From positions 123,876,001-123,940,000 of the forward strand of contig OZ024741.1 in NCBI GenBank assembly GCA_964016885.1: a stretch of DNA of 64,000 bases, written 5' to 3'. A program made the translations under genes and the position numbers. The DNA comes from Eledone cirrhosa (taxonomy: Eukaryota). This document shows, piece by piece, positions 14,172-27,869 of this stretch. The notes under the pieces were generated by a model that worked only from the letters and a program-made list of their open reading frames with translations, ran no database searches and was not told where the DNA came from. How positions within the stretch are numbered: position 1 is the stretch's first letter; every line of letters begins with the position of its first letter.

Positions 14172-15600
14172 GAGTCGTGTGTGATTGTGTGGGTATGTAT
14201 ATATACATATATGTATATATATATACATATATATTATTACTTTTTTTTTTTGCTGGCATACGTATATACTGACTTTGATTAACATATGTTATTTTGTTGA
14301 GTCAATAATTTCCGTGGTTTTGTTTCAACATGATGCTTGTAAACCTACAAGCAGCCCAGGGTGTGTTTGTGAAACCAATTTTGAACATCAATGAATGCTA
14401 GGTGAGAGTGAGAGCGAGAAACTACGTGCAGCAATAATTAAACACCGACACACAAACACTAACACCCGCGCTCACACACACAAACTCATGCGTACGCTCG
14501 TGCAGACATAATCACCTTTGAACAAATCATTTTTAAACATGTATTTGAGGGGAATGGAATAGAATTCCGTCTGTTTCAATGCCGTTGTTTGAGTAGTTTG
14601 GTGAACAAAGGTAGGAATTAATCGTATTTATCAATCCCAATTTGACGAAAGTAATAGTTGATCTCGGCAAAATTCGAACCTAAATTTCAGGGAACAGTAA
14701 CCAATAAGAAGATATGTAACCCGGCGTTCTAACAATCCGGGCCAGTGTTTAAGTGACATAAAATGCAGGAGGATTTTAGCAAGTCGACTCTTTGTGTGTA
14801 CACACATTACGTTTTCATAAATATAAAAATATTTGCCTACAGGTCATATAATATTTAATAGAATGTGAACTACTATTATGAGATGTAATGCTCAGAAATA
14901 TATGATCATTATTCCGCTTTCTACTAAGTTTATATATTAGTAAACATACTTCTGTGATCAAGTATTAATTTCTTGAAATTATCCCCTTTTGCTTTGGGAG
15001 TCGCTAACGACAGCCGATAGCATTTTTCTCTCTCTTATTAAGAAAGAAATTCCAATGAATTAGAATTGTTGAGTGTACGCGCTCCAGAACACTATCCTAC
15101 AAATTATTTACACAACAATTGTTGATGTACGAATACATTAGCATGCAATGCATACAATAAACAATGAACGTTGAAAATCTTTGTGAAAATAGACAATAAC
15201 AAAACTGAACCTGAGAGAGTTTAGAGCAAAAATGCTTGGCAAGAGAAAACGTTCATTAATGCATAAATATGTAGATTTACAAAGCTACATTAAACTACAA
15301 AGGTGTTTTCAAATATGTTCAGCATTAATAAACATGAACTCTAGTTATCAATGCATCTTAAACAATAGAGAAATATTTCACTGATACTAAACCGAATAAC
15401 TGTGTATGAATACACTATTAAATCAAAGAAATTTGAATTCATTTTATCGATGACGTTTTAGAGTGCATTTCTCATCCAGGAGAGCAGGTAAAGTTAAAAA
15501 TATTTCGAAATATTTCAAAACAAGTGAACAATTAACGGGCGCTAATATCTGCTCAAACTATATTGACATATCTTCATAGTGTACACACGCACACAAACAA

Positions 15601-15684
<84 letters not shown>

Positions 15685-15688
<4 letters not shown>

Positions 15689-15834
15689 ATGTGTGACCCC
15701 GACGGTAGAGCGAGCTCAAGACGTTTCGACAGCTATTTCTGGACTGAAATAGCCGTCGAAACGGCTTAAGCTCTGCCGTCGGGGTCATACATTTTCCTAT
15801 TACCCACTCTACTACCCTAAGTATTGAGTACTCT
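15685..15834. mobile_element. Fold-back PLE end, family 'GAAACGGC' (also 17658-17795, 18071-18140, 22562-22752, 41825-42001)
   Basis: Arms 15685-15739 / 15746-15796 surround a 6-nt loop. Each arm holds an HHR 3' half, GAAAC-GGC-ttgagctct-GCC-GTC. Confidence 0.75.
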
Positions 15835-16016
15835 GACAATAAGAGTTGCAGCATTTTTGTAAACTTTATTACATTTTACAATTTGTTTCCATATCGATCG
15901 ACTCGGGGTTGATCATATGATGGGATCCGATCCCATGATCAAGCCTGGGCTGATTAATGTGGAAACAAATTGTAATATGTAATAGAGTTTACAAAAAGCT
16001 GCAATTCTTATTGTCA
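15834..16016. mobile_element. Imperfect ~180-bp palindrome with an HHR 3'-half-like motif (GAAAC-aaatt-GTA)
   Basis: tgacaataagagttgcagc...atgggatc-c-gatcccat...gctgcaattcttattgtca, with the centre at ~15927. Confidence 0.6.
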
Positions 16017-16309
16017 CATATATATACTTACTGTCCAACTGTGGTTGATGGTTGAGTGAAAAGATTACTCTTGATGACCCTATGATGAATAGGTGAAACT
16101 CCAGAGTAACAAAATTCACTATATAGCCATAATAAAATGAATGTATATATACATAAATAGCAAGTGTGCTAGCAACCGACATTTGTGATAATGTTATCGA
16201 CAGTCGATCTCCTTTCGTTAAATCGGACCGAGGAAACAATGTTTCCATTAGTCATTCCAATTGCTAATAATCTCTATCTATCGCAATACTCTCTATCGCA
16301 ACTCCAGGT

Positions 16310-16432
16310 GGTAGGAACAATGGGAAAGAAAGTGTATTGCCATAGACATAACGCTTCGCCCTGTCCGGGAATCGAACTCACAACCTCACTATTGCGAATC
16401 CAATTCTCTAACCACTAAGACACGCACCTTCA
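16310..16432 (-). mobile_element. tRNA-derived SINE head (relatives at ~6800-6950 and ~53500-53695)
   Basis: Minus strand: gtgcgtgtcttagtggttagag (A-box-like)...gagttcgattcccgg (B-box). Confidence 0.6.
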
Positions 16433-17657
16433 TAGATATAATAGTGTTATGTCTGTATAAATACAGAACTAGTACCGACACTGCACTAACCTGTATGAAT
16501 TTATATTCATATCTAATATGTTGGCATGTAAACATACCAGAAAATATGCATTCCCCTGTAAATTAAAAAAAAATCATAAATATCTTGGTATAAATGCCTT
16601 TTGGATTATATATACATTCAATATATTTTGAAAATCGATAAAACATGTTTATCGTGTTTTTCAATTTAAGAGAAATATTCATTTTCTGTGATGTTAACAT
16701 GCCTGCGTATTAGATATTTGTATTTATTTATTCACGTTAGTACAATCTCAGTTAATGATGTGTGTCACAGATAATATTGCAAACTTACCAACAGGTAGAA
16801 AAACTCTACTGTTATCGGCCGTCGAAATGGACGTACATTATTACGAACACGACCGACGGCTACACTGATCTGGAGACACTGTGTTAGAAGAGTATTCTAA
16901 CGTTTTCCTTGGAGTACATACAAGATGAATCCGGAATAAAGTGTATGGGTAAAAATACATATGTGTGTGTGTACGTTTGTATACACAGTTCATGACTGTA
17001 GTTAATAGTAGATAATATTATACTAACTTCTACATATTTATGACATTTCATATCTTTGATATATTTTACTTTTAACAAAATCTTTTAGGATTTGACTGCT
17101 AATTCCTATTGAACCTCTAAGACACGTTCGGTGATATCGGCAGCAATTTCAAAGAACCGATGCAAATGGAGCAATTTTGCAATGCATTTGAGACAAGAGT
17201 AAGTGGAGCTATATCTCTTCCTTTTAGTCACTGTAAAAATCATATATATATATATATATATATATAATTCTATCTATATCTACTCATCTACCTCTCCCTC
17301 TATATTTTCAAATCTACCCTATCATTGATTGATATATATATGCACGCACACACACATGAACACACACATAGGATAGATGCAAAATGAACATCGATCGAAA
17401 AATAATTAAATAGTAAATAACAAACGTGTATGCATTTATACAAAGTAAAAAGGCCAGAACATTGGTAGAGAGTGGGAAGCATTGAAGAACAAAATTTACC
17501 TCAGAGACAAATAACGATTTCCTTTTAGCAATGTATTTATACCTTGCCTCGAATACTATTAATAAATGAAATAAGAGGAAAAGGATACTACCAAGAGGAC
17601 AATTTTATATCAAACGTTTGTTAAATGAAATATCTGTAATATTTATATATATATATA

Positions 17658-18140
17658 TAACGAAGGAGGTGTGGTAATGAACCATTGGACCATTACGCAC
17701 CAGAGTACTCAATACTTAGGGTAGTAGAGTGGGTAATAGGAACATGATTGACCCCAACGGCAGAGCTCAAGTCGTTTCGACGGCTATTTCTGGACTCTTA
17801 AATCCGAATCTCTCCTTGGTTTCGAAGTCCTGGTTGTCACGTTATCTATCGTAGAAAAATGTTCCCTATCTCAGTCTTTTCGCAAACAGGTCGATTTTTT
17901 GCGTGAGCATCCGAAGGTAAAGTTTTCTCGGTGTACCTGGGATGTTCTTGGTGGAGAAGTCGATATTGTGTTTTCGCATGGTGCGGGTAATTAAACTTGA
18001 GCTGGGTGGAAAAGTCAGGATATGGCATCGTATGGTCGGAAAGTGCTCTACTACAGAGGTAGGAGCTAGATAACGAAGGAGGTGTGGTAAGGAACCAGAT
18101 GGACCATAACGCACCAAAGTACTAAAATACTTAGGGTAGT
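17658..18140 (-). mobile_element. Internally deleted PLE: pLTR end, ORF N-terminus, pLTR end
   Basis: Direct repeat 17658-17727 / 18071-18140. The minus ORF MRKHNIDFSTKNIP...LYLRMLTQKIDLFAKRLR resembles PLE ORF N-termini (KNIP...KRMRW). Confidence 0.65.
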
Positions 18141-18154
18141 ATATATATATATAT

Positions 18155-18622
18155 CCAGGGAATGTAACGTGAAGTTACTGTAGGTTCACCCAGGTGAGCA
18201 CACGATGTTTAGATTCACGTCTGTAGCGATGTATAGAGCTAAACGGAGTGTAAATATAATAATACAAGGACGATTTGTTAAGCGTTCATTACATTTATTG
18301 ATTGGTGACGCGTGTTTCACTACTGACCGGCTCAAGGTTCGATCTGTATCGATCTGGCCCGACTCTGGTATCAAAAGCTCGTCGGACCTCTGCTAGTGTG
18401 TTGACAGAATGAACATATAACATATGTTCATATAAAATTATATGTTCATTCTGTCATTACTACAGCAGAGGTCCAACGAGCTTTTGATTCCAGGGTAGGG
18501 CCAGATCGATACTCATTGAACCTTGAGTTTATCAATAGCGAAACGCGCGTCACCAATAAATAAACGTAATGACGGCTTAACAAATCGCCCTCGTATTATT
18601 ATATTTACACTCCGTATTATCC
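18155..18622. mobile_element. Fold-back HHR element, family 'GAAACGCGCGTC' copy 1
   Basis: Arms ~18242-18420 / ~18438-18615. Motif GGT-CC(G/A)ACGA-GCT...AGC-GAAAC-GCGC-GTC-ACC-AATAAA at 18470-18560. TA flanks both ends. Confidence 0.8.
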
Positions 18623-18789
18623 TATATATATATATATTCATTTATATTTAATGGTTCACCATTGGAGAGAACAGGTCATTCCGTTTAGTTAACCATGATG
18701 TAATACTAGGAAAAGCACTCTACGTACGCGAGTCACCCACAGGTTTTATTGAATCCTGTGATTGTTGCAGGAACGGAGTTAAATATTGG

Positions 18790-19430
18790 TTTGATTTAAA
18801 CAACAGGTGGTCGGATTGGTGATGTCCCTTTTAAAGTTTTATACTTTCAAAAACATTATATATATTTCAATGACCTGGTTACGTAAGATGCACATCAGGT
18901 TGTTAGGAAACCTTGGAGTAGATACGGCGAATGTTGTGCGGCGTTGTCTTGATGCACCTGCTAGTTTTACAAAGGCCTCAGATCCCATCTCTTGCACTGA
19001 ACTACATCACAAATACGTTAGATTACTTCTTGAAAGTATCACTTTATAAATGATTGTTGTGGTGTGCCTTCACGATAGACACATCTTACCCAATATCCAC
19101 ACGCGACGGTACTTTTAGGACCACAGTGTCGTTCACTAATTCTGCTGTGATTAATGATCTTTGCTTTTGGTGTTGCAGCCCAACACACGTGTCACATTTT
19201 CAGTTATCATGTTATACAATTCTTTGTTGACAGTATAGAGAGAAATGCAGAATCGATATGTAATTAGTAGACAACTACACACGCTGACAACATGTTGATG
19301 ACTGATGACCCTATAGAGCTCACCAAAAACCATATTGTACCTGACTGAAGCACTCCGAAAACTTGTCTCACTAACGTCGTTATGATTCCACGGGAAAAAA
19401 ATCGAATATTTTTTGACAAACCTTGAATAT
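18790..19430 (-). mobile_element. Decayed mariner transposon
   Basis: Minus reading ...KRWDL...QVHQDNAAQHS..LLQGFL resembles mariner 'KRPDLW..WQLHHDNAPAH..FL'. A TIR-like ttcaaggtttgtcaaaaaatattcg lies at ~19402-19426. Confidence 0.6.
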
Positions 19431-19689
19431 CTTCCTTGAAGATAGATATCATCATTAAAGAACATCTCTGCAAATATTACCAGTTTACTGTTATTTTTGT
19501 TCATCATTTGTTGGCATAATGTCTACGATCAGCAGAAGAAAATCAAATTTATATCTGGATAAATTGAGCTACAGCAAGGAGAAAGTTAAAAATATAAGGA
19601 TGAAAATATTCAAAAGAAGGAATAACACAAGTACATTATTACAGAAAATATATTTATCAGTTAGAGAGAGCGACAAACTCAGAATATAC

Positions 19690-19759
<70 letters not shown>

Positions 19760-19762
<3 letters not shown>

Positions 19763-20176
19763 GGCGGGTAAAATTCCCGAGATCCATGGACGAGTTCTCT
19801 CCAGCGGTCTCTGTCCCTCATTATCGCTGCCATGTCTTGCGTCTCCAACATATCGTGTCTTAGGGCATCAACATACGTTAACCTTGGTCTTCCTCTGCCA
19901 GTGTGTCCGTGTAAAGACCTGAAAATTGGCCTCTTCATTGCTGTAGTGGAGTTTGCGCTTCTGTGCGGTTCTGAGACTTGGACACTGACCAAGAAACTCA
20001 CTCAGATGGTGGATGGGTGGCACACGGGAATGCTGCGGATGGCTCTGAACATTAATCAGTATACATTGAGGGTGAAAAACTCAGAGCTGTATGGGAGCCT
20101 CCCAAAAGTCAGCTCAAAAGTGACACAGACGAGACTGAGGTTAGCTGGACAAGCTCACCGACATCCAGAGTTGACA
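19760..20176. mobile_element. RTE-like LINE 3' fragment with 5' inversion, inside (TA)n
   Basis: 19760-19914(-) encodes LHGHTGRGRPRLTYVDAL...DRDRWRELV. 19915-20176(+) encodes the upstream LLCGSETWTLTK...RLRLAGQAHRHPELT. Confidence 0.85.
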
Positions 20177-20200
20177 TATATATATATATATATATATATA

Positions 20201-21906
20201 TTAATAGAAAATATATTAATAGAATCTGACGGTAAATTATGGGAACGACAAAATAGATCAGATAGCTTCGACATTACTATGGGGTCTAGTGACTCCGCAC
20301 AGGTTACCGATGTAGTAGGCCTATACCTCCTAAATATAATAACGGATGAGATCCCCACCATGGGCGGAGGCTTGTACAGGGACGACGCCCTACTCATGGG
20401 CCGCGGACTCAATAATAGCCAATTAGATAGACTACACAGACGACTTAGATATATCTTTAAGACCCAAGGATTAGCGGTAGAATTAGAACCCAACACTAGG
20501 ACAGTAAACTTCTTAGACATCACATTAGAATTGGACACAGGTCTCTACCGCCCATACCATAAATCAAGCGAAAACCTAAAATATGTCAACAGACACTCCA
20601 ACCACACTAGGAGCATAATTAACTCAATAGTTAAAAGCGTTTCCTACAGAATGTCAAACCTGTAGGCGAACAGAACTATCTTCAACCAGCAAGCGGAATA
20701 CTATATCTCCGCACTTGAAAAGGCTGGGTACAATGAAAAGATAACTTACAATGACCAAACTAGAACCACAACACTGCTAAACCCAAACAGACCCTTAGAA
20801 ACCCATATAGACAAGGACACCCCTCCTAGAACTAACACTAATCTAAGACCACCTTTAGCCGGCAGGACAGGCAGCGTTACACACAACTGCCAAGAGATAA
20901 AGCTATACTCTTCAACGCCAATAAGGACTCTAATTATCGCACACGACGACCTAGTAATAGTGACCCTAGACTTAACGACAATAGAATAGCAAGAATCCCA
21001 TGGAAAATACGCCTGACCAAAACACACCCACACAACCACTAAACACACCCACGCAACCACAAACCCACCCACACAACAACTAAACTACAACAACCACACT
21101 AAGCACCGTACAGCCCGAAGCAGACCTGTGACATGTACAACATGTACTCCATACACGTTGCCACCAATATACCGGGAATCTTCTTCAGAGCTCTTGACCA
21201 ATCCCCCCTCCCACACACACATAAATACCACAAGCTCTTTAATAGACACACTGTCAAATTCGCCTTCTCCACAACACCAAATCTAGGCGACACAATAGCA
21301 CAGGCAAATAGGACAAAATTACGCAAACACATGAGAGCACCACAACCAACCCAGAACGAAATAACACACACAACACAATACAACAACCTACATGACAGCT
21401 CCACACAGAAGACCTACAACCGACAACGTAACAACACAGCCATAACACCCAACTGCAAATGCAGAAGGTGGGTGGAATGCCCACTAAACGGGGAATGCCT
21501 CGTTAAATACATTGTTTACCGGTGCGATGTCACAGCGGGCCAAAATGAGTACTCCCACACAGGGGCGACATCGACTAAGTTTAAGGAACACTTGTATAAC
21601 CACAAAAGCTCCTTCAAACACAGGCCCAAACGATCCCAAACAAGACTGGCAGACTGGATCTGGAACCTCAAAGACAAGAACTTGGAATACCAGATCAGGT
21701 GGTCTATTAAAAGACGTGTGGCACATGTCCCCAACGACAAAAACCACTGCAAATTATGCCTGGCCGAAGCGGCTGAGATCATTAAATTGAAATCGGCCAT
21801 AAACTCAAGACCTGACGTTATTATAAACTGCAGACACACCAGAATGGCCACCTTCTCTGCACAAACATTCAGCCGAGGACCAAACACTAACCCTGACCCA
21901 ACATAG
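20201..21906 (+). mobile_element. 5'-truncated Penelope-like element (RT + GIY-YIG), probably Naiad-type, pseudogenised
   Basis: RT motifs FDITMGSSDSAQVTDVVGLYLL, GLYRDDAL, VNFLDITL and YVNRHSNH. Endonuclease region CKCRR..CPLNGECL..IVYRCDV...TGAT..FKE..NHKSSF...IWNLK...CKLCLAE. Contains stops and frameshifts and starts at a (TA)n tract. Confidence 0.9.
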
Positions 21907-22153
21907 GTATAACAAACTTTTCTTTTCCACACCGCCTCTCATCTCAATACATTTGTATTCTATAAGATGTAACCCATGGTAAGATCATATCTTGTAAATA
22001 TCATGTCGCACCCTTCACCCCACCAACACCACCAACAAATACCTCTCCATACATCCCTCATCTCAATATTATATGTGTCTTCTCTATCAGGTATTAACTT
22101 GTAACCCATCGTAAAATCCGATCCTGTAAATATGATGTCGAACAAATCATCCC

Positions 22154-22192
<39 letters not shown>

Positions 22193-22433
22193 GCAAAGGG
22201 ATATTTAATTTGTCGGTTATTCAACAAAAATATTTATATTTATAACTGATTCGAAGTTCTCGACAATGTCTTCTGGAGTATAATATCAATTTTTGATTTT
22301 TTGATTTTTTTCATTTTTTGGTACGCCCCTTTTCAAACTCTCACATGCGAGCGTGTGTGTATCTATAGTTTGTCTGCCTACACACACACTCACGTGTATG
22401 TATGCATGTGTTTGTGTGTGTGTATATGTATAG

Positions 22434-22473
<40 letters not shown>

Positions 22474-22478
22474 GTGTG

Positions 22479-22561
<83 letters not shown>

Positions 22562-22563
<2 letters not shown>

Positions 22564-22752
22564 CAAAGGAATTGTGGTAAGGAACCAGATGGACCATAAC
22601 GCACCAGAGTACTCAATACTTAGGGTATTAGAGTGGGAAATAGGAAAAATTATGATCCGACGGCAGAGCTCAAGCCGTTTCGACGGCTATTTCAGTCGAG
22701 AAATAGCCGTTGAAACGGCTTGAGCTCTGCCGTCAGGGTCATACTTTTTCTT
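22562..22752. mobile_element. Fold-back PLE end, family 'GAAACGGC'
   Basis: Centre ctatttc-agtcga-gaaatag at 22687-22706. (TA)n lies on the left and (CT)n(TA)n on the right. Confidence 0.75.
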
Positions 22753-22753
22753 A

Positions 22754-22837
<84 letters not shown>

Positions 22838-22853
22838 TATACATGTGTGTATA

Positions 22854-25800
22854 TCTATATATTAATTTCAACAATGTCAGTATTCCGTGTGTCAGAATTC
22901 TCGATTATCATTGGTTCATAGGTTTCAAACGACTCCGCCCACCTCAACTACGCCAAACTGAAATTAGTATGTATAATTCCAATGAGGGAGTGAGAGCGGA
23001 GAGTGTGAATGCTGTGTTGGATACACTATGTATATGTGTCAGTGTAGAGACATGTGTGTGTGTGATGTGTGTGGAAATAAGAGGGGAAGGAAAGCAATAA
23101 CTATTAACATGTGTGTGTGTGTATGTACGTGCGCGTATGTTTATGTGTGTGTGTGTGCGTGCAGCGTTCTACAGAAAATAAAAACTATCAACATGTGTGA
23201 ATGAGTGCGTATGTAAGTTTGCGTGCGTGTGCACATTTCCATGCGTGTATGTGTGTGGCGTTCCACAATCGCCACGCAGTTTATCTGTCTGTGTGCCTGT
23301 CTGTCAGTCTAACATACACAGAGTTGTAAAGGGAGTAAATAGGGACCTTTTTTTTACATTGACGGATATATTTTCTATTTATTATTGTGTAATATTTTGA
23401 CAATTGCTCGAAATGAATACTGATAATAAAAGCAATTCGACTTTATCAAACAGTGAACTACCGCGGCGACGGTGTGCAGCCCGGAATGAAGAAATACGTG
23501 CCGAACAGAGCCATCGGAACGCTGAACTTCAGAGGTGATGGCGTGCCGCCGTGAATGAAGGGGAGCTGGCTGAACAACGCCAACGAAACACTGGAGCCAA
23601 GCAGCGACGGCGTGCTACGATGGTTGAAGACGAACTGGCTGAGCATCATCAGCAGATGGCCGGAATTCAACACGAACGGCGATATAATGCCCCTGAAGGA
23701 TTTCGTGAAGTTGCTGTGTTGATGGATGATAAGCTTGGATCAAGAGATATCGTCCTCAATCGCAGAGATGGTGGTCTCAAGACTATCAATGAGTCAAATA
23801 GGGCATACGATCCATTGCATTATGATCTTTTATTCCCAAAAGGTGAAAATTGATGAAACATGTCTGTTCATTTAGATGATCATGAGAATCAGCATCAACA
23901 GGGAGGCGGCAATAGACACAATAATTCGATTCGCGGAGTTTACGCGTTCCATTTGAACGAGAGGAATCAACAGAGAAATGCGCTATTTCAAGCCAGCAGA
24001 TTGTTCCAGGAATACTGTTGTGTGGCATTCGCAAAGATCGAAAATCAAAGGATAAATTATATAGCTGCATATCAGCAACATATCAGAGCTGAATTGTATA
24101 ATAATATACAGGATGCGATAAGAGCCGATGAGGCCAATTACAAGCAAATTGGTCGACGCATCATTTCGTCATCGTCGTTTATCGGCGGCCCGTGATATAT
24201 GAACATTCGCTATCAGGATGCAATGGCTATTGTCAGAAAGTTTGGAAAGCCAGATTTGTTTATAACGGTTACATGCTATCCTGAATGGACTGATATTAAG
24301 GATGCACTTTTGCCAGGACAACAGCCAAAGGACCGTTCTGATATTGTGGCAAGAGTATCCAAAGGATATCTGAAAACCATAATGGATGATGTGGAAAAGT
24401 GAGAATCTTTGGAGGTGTAGTTGCTTTTACATACGTAATTGAATTCCAAAAAAAGGATTGCCACATGCACATTTGCTGATCATTTTACATAGAGATTGCA
24501 AATTGAGATGTGCTGAGGATGTCGACAGCGTTGTGTGTGCTGAACTGCCGGAGAATGAGGCACTACGTAACTTGGTGGCAAAGTCAATGGTGCACAACCA
24601 ATGCGGAGCGGCAAACCGGAAAGCGCCTTCCATGAAAAATGCCCAATGCAGTAAGCACTTTCCGAAATATTTCGTCGCGAACACTTCCTGGAACGATGGG
24701 GATGCTCATCCCTCATACAGAAGACGGTCACCTGCAGATGGCGGTTTGGTCGAAAATGTAAACGGTCGACAGGTTACAAATCAATGGGTTGAGCCATACA
24801 ATCCATATTTGATTATGAAATATCGTTGTCATATGAATGTGGAAATTTGCAGCTAAGTGAAAGCTTGTAAATATCTATTCAAATATGTTTACAGAGGTCA
24901 TGATCAGGCAACAATGATCAATGTCAGGAATGAGGAAGCGAACCAAGGAGATGAAGTTGGCAGGTTCCAGGATGTTCGCTCGATTGGATCTAGCAAAGCT
25001 TGCTGGAGATTGTTCGATTTTGATCTCAATGAACGCAAACCCAGCGTTCAGAATCTGATAGCTCACTTAGAGAATAGGCAAATGGTTTGTTTTCAGGACA
25101 CTAGAAGAGATGTCGAAAGAATTGCTAACGCACCACCTCCTAATACGGAATTGACTGAGTGGTTCAAGCATAATATGGAACATGCTTTGAACCCGAATCA
25201 AAGGCAACTCTACTGCGATTCCCTTCGAACTATACATGGAATAAGAAGGGAAAGAAATGGAATGATAGAAAACAAAAGTTGAGATTTATGACTATTGGAC
25301 GGGTTTGTAATGTCCATCCCGCATCTGATGATGTGTTTTATCTCCGAATTATGTTGCATAATGATTTTTCGAGAGGTAAACAGAGCTTCGCTGATTTGAA
25401 AACAATCAATGGCGTGGAATATGAAACATACCAGGCTGTGTGTCAGCATCTGTGACTCCTTCAGGATGACGATGAATGGAATAACGTCATGGAAGCTGTA
25501 GGAACAACACAGATGCCAGTTCAAATAAGGCAGTTGGTTGTCACGATTCTAGGATTATGCAATCCTGCCGATCCAAGAGTGTTATTTGAACGCCATTGGC
25601 GAATTATGGCTGATGATTTTAGTCATCATCTTCAGGTGGATGATGAAAATTTGATGAAAGCTATTGTTTTGCTCAATATTGAGCAACTGCTTGAAGTTCA
25701 ATTCAAATGTTTAAGAGATTTCGATTTGCCAATTCCTGATGAAGAAATGCGGCATGAGACTGCAGCTTAAACGGTTGCCACTCGATCGGAGGGAACTATT

Positions 25801-27673
25801 CCAGTTTGATCCAGTGGAACAGCAACGTATTGTGGATGAACGTATGCCAATGTTGACCCAATCTCATAGAGAATTGGTCGATGGCGTTCTCCATTCGATT
25901 TCCACTAATGAGCAACTTTGTGCTTTCATAGATGCTCCAGGAGGCACCGGAAAGACATTCTGTTTCAACACTATGTTATCGGCAGTCAGAGGTTAGAGGA
26001 AGATTATTGCTCTCCCTGTGGCCACCAGTGGGATCGCTGCCACTTTGCTGAATGGTGGAAGGACTTTCCACTCATGCTTCAAGGCTCCATTGACTCCGGA
26101 TGAGTTGAGTGTCTGTAACATTACAGGACAAAGTGAACTATCGGGCCTTATACGCAATACGTCTCTGATTATTTGGGACGAGGCTCCAATGGCACACCAA
26201 TGGCATTTGACAGAACTTTGACAGATATCTGCGGTAGTGACCTGCCATTCGGTGTTAAGACTATCGTTCTTGGTGGCGATTTCAGACAGGTGCTACCAAT
26301 TGTTAGGTATGCTCAAAGAGCGCAAATTGTCGATGCATGACTGAAAAAGTCCCCGCTGTGGCGCCATTTCAGAGTTTTGCGATTACACGATAATATGCAA
26401 CTTCGTATGTTCGTGCAAAACGAAGAGGCTGAGACATACGGCCGATGGTTGATGCAGTTGGGAAACGATGAATTGCCACACGTTAGTGATAATCAGACTG
26501 TAAGTATCCCAGACCATTTGGTCATGCCACTGGACCGCCAAGCATTGATTGACTGGGTGTTCCCTAATTTGAATGCTTTTTGGCAGAATATCTCCTGGAT
26601 ATCGGAACGCGTTATTCTAACTCATATGAATGCAACGGTCGATGAAATAAATTTACAAGTAGCCGGAATATTTCCTGGAGAGGAATGGTTGACCGTCAGT
26701 GCGGATGCAATGGAGCCTAATCAGCAGAACAATATGGATGTTCCGACTGAGTATCTGAATTCCCTTCAAATACCGGGATTTCCCCCACATATTTTGAGGT
26801 TGAAAAAGGGTATGCCGATTATATTGCTTAGAAATATCAATCATAAAATGGGTCTTTGCAATGGTACCAGATTGATTGTTGAGAGATTGATTAACGGAAG
26901 AGTTTTAGATGCTAAACTCCCAGGCAGAGAGGAATCGGTTCTCATTCCGAGGACGATGCTGAGACTAAGTAAAGATCTGCTGCCATTCATTTGGCAAAGG
27001 AGACAGTTACCCGTCAATTTGGCCTTCTCCATGACTGTCAACAAGGCACAGGGACAGCCTTTCAAGCGAGTCAGTGTCTACTTGAATGATCCAGCATTCA
27101 GCCATAGCCAACTGTATGTTGTTGCATCTTGAGTGTGCGATCCTGATGGTATAAAATTTGCAATTGATACCACTAACAGAGGAATAACCCTGAATATTGT
27201 CATAATGAAGCTTTAAGCTGATGTATGCATATCTTTAATGCTATCAATAAGCGATGTAAATGATTCGGACATTGGTGTCCTTTGATCAGTATTGTGAGAT
27301 TTGACAGAGTTATCATTGATGTTCAATGACATTTAATGTCGTTATGAGCAATAAAAACAAACAAGTATTGGTAAAAATTGCTTTCACTGCTATATTGTAC
27401 AATAAATACCAACACGTATTGGTAGAAATTGCCTTCACTGCTATGAATATTCGACGTAAATGATTCAGACATTGTTGTCTTTGATCAGTATTGTGAGCTT
27501 TGACAGAGTTATCATTTCTGTTCAATGTCAATTCTCGATAATGAGCAATAAAATCCAACAAGTATTGGTAGAAATTGCCTTCAAATTTATCGCTTCTGAT
27601 TGCGGTGGTAATAAAACCTCATCATATGCTGAGTCTGGCAAAAAGGTTCGATCCTATGGCCGCCCTGAGCTAG
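22854..27673 (+). mobile_element. Helitron, decayed (termini tentative)
   Basis: Candidate 5' end A|TCTATATATTAA at 22854, an internal RepHel remnant, and subterminal repeats at 27270-27580. CTAG at 27670 lacks a convincing hairpin. Confidence 0.6.
23460..27220 (+). pseudogene. Helitron RepHel (HUH Rep + Pif1-like SF1B helicase) pseudogene
   Basis: Rep motifs PDLFITVTC, EFQK.GLPHAHLL and KYLFKYVYRGHD. Helicase motifs [35 protein letters not shown] and QLPVNLAFSMTVNKAQGQ. Many stops and frameshifts. Confidence 0.95.
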
Positions 27674-27869
27674 AGTAATATTGAAAAACGAAGTAGAAGG
27701 ATCCGCCATTTGGAGTTCAAACCAGGCCACCTCCCCGAGTTGAACTCTGGGCAACATTGACCGTCTATTACTCAGTGGCTAAGAGCCTGGAAATTACTGA
27801 TAACATGTTTGTGTCATATAATTTGTGAGTGAGATTTGGTAAATGGAAACTGCGTGGAAGCATTGATGT

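Noticed and set aside
16310-16432. tRNA gene candidates (A/B boxes here and at ~28985, ~44255 and 63668)
   Set aside because: No complete cloverleaf is present, and they continue into SINE bodies.
20201-21906. Selenocysteine recoding, reported for some Naiad PLEs
   Set aside because: The RT interruption at 20663 is TAG. I saw no in-frame TGA at a conserved Cys position and no SECIS.
27270-27580. Repeat-spacer pattern resembling CRISPR
   Set aside because: These are degenerate tandem repeats in a Helitron 3' region in eukaryotic DNA, with no regular unique spacers or cas genes.
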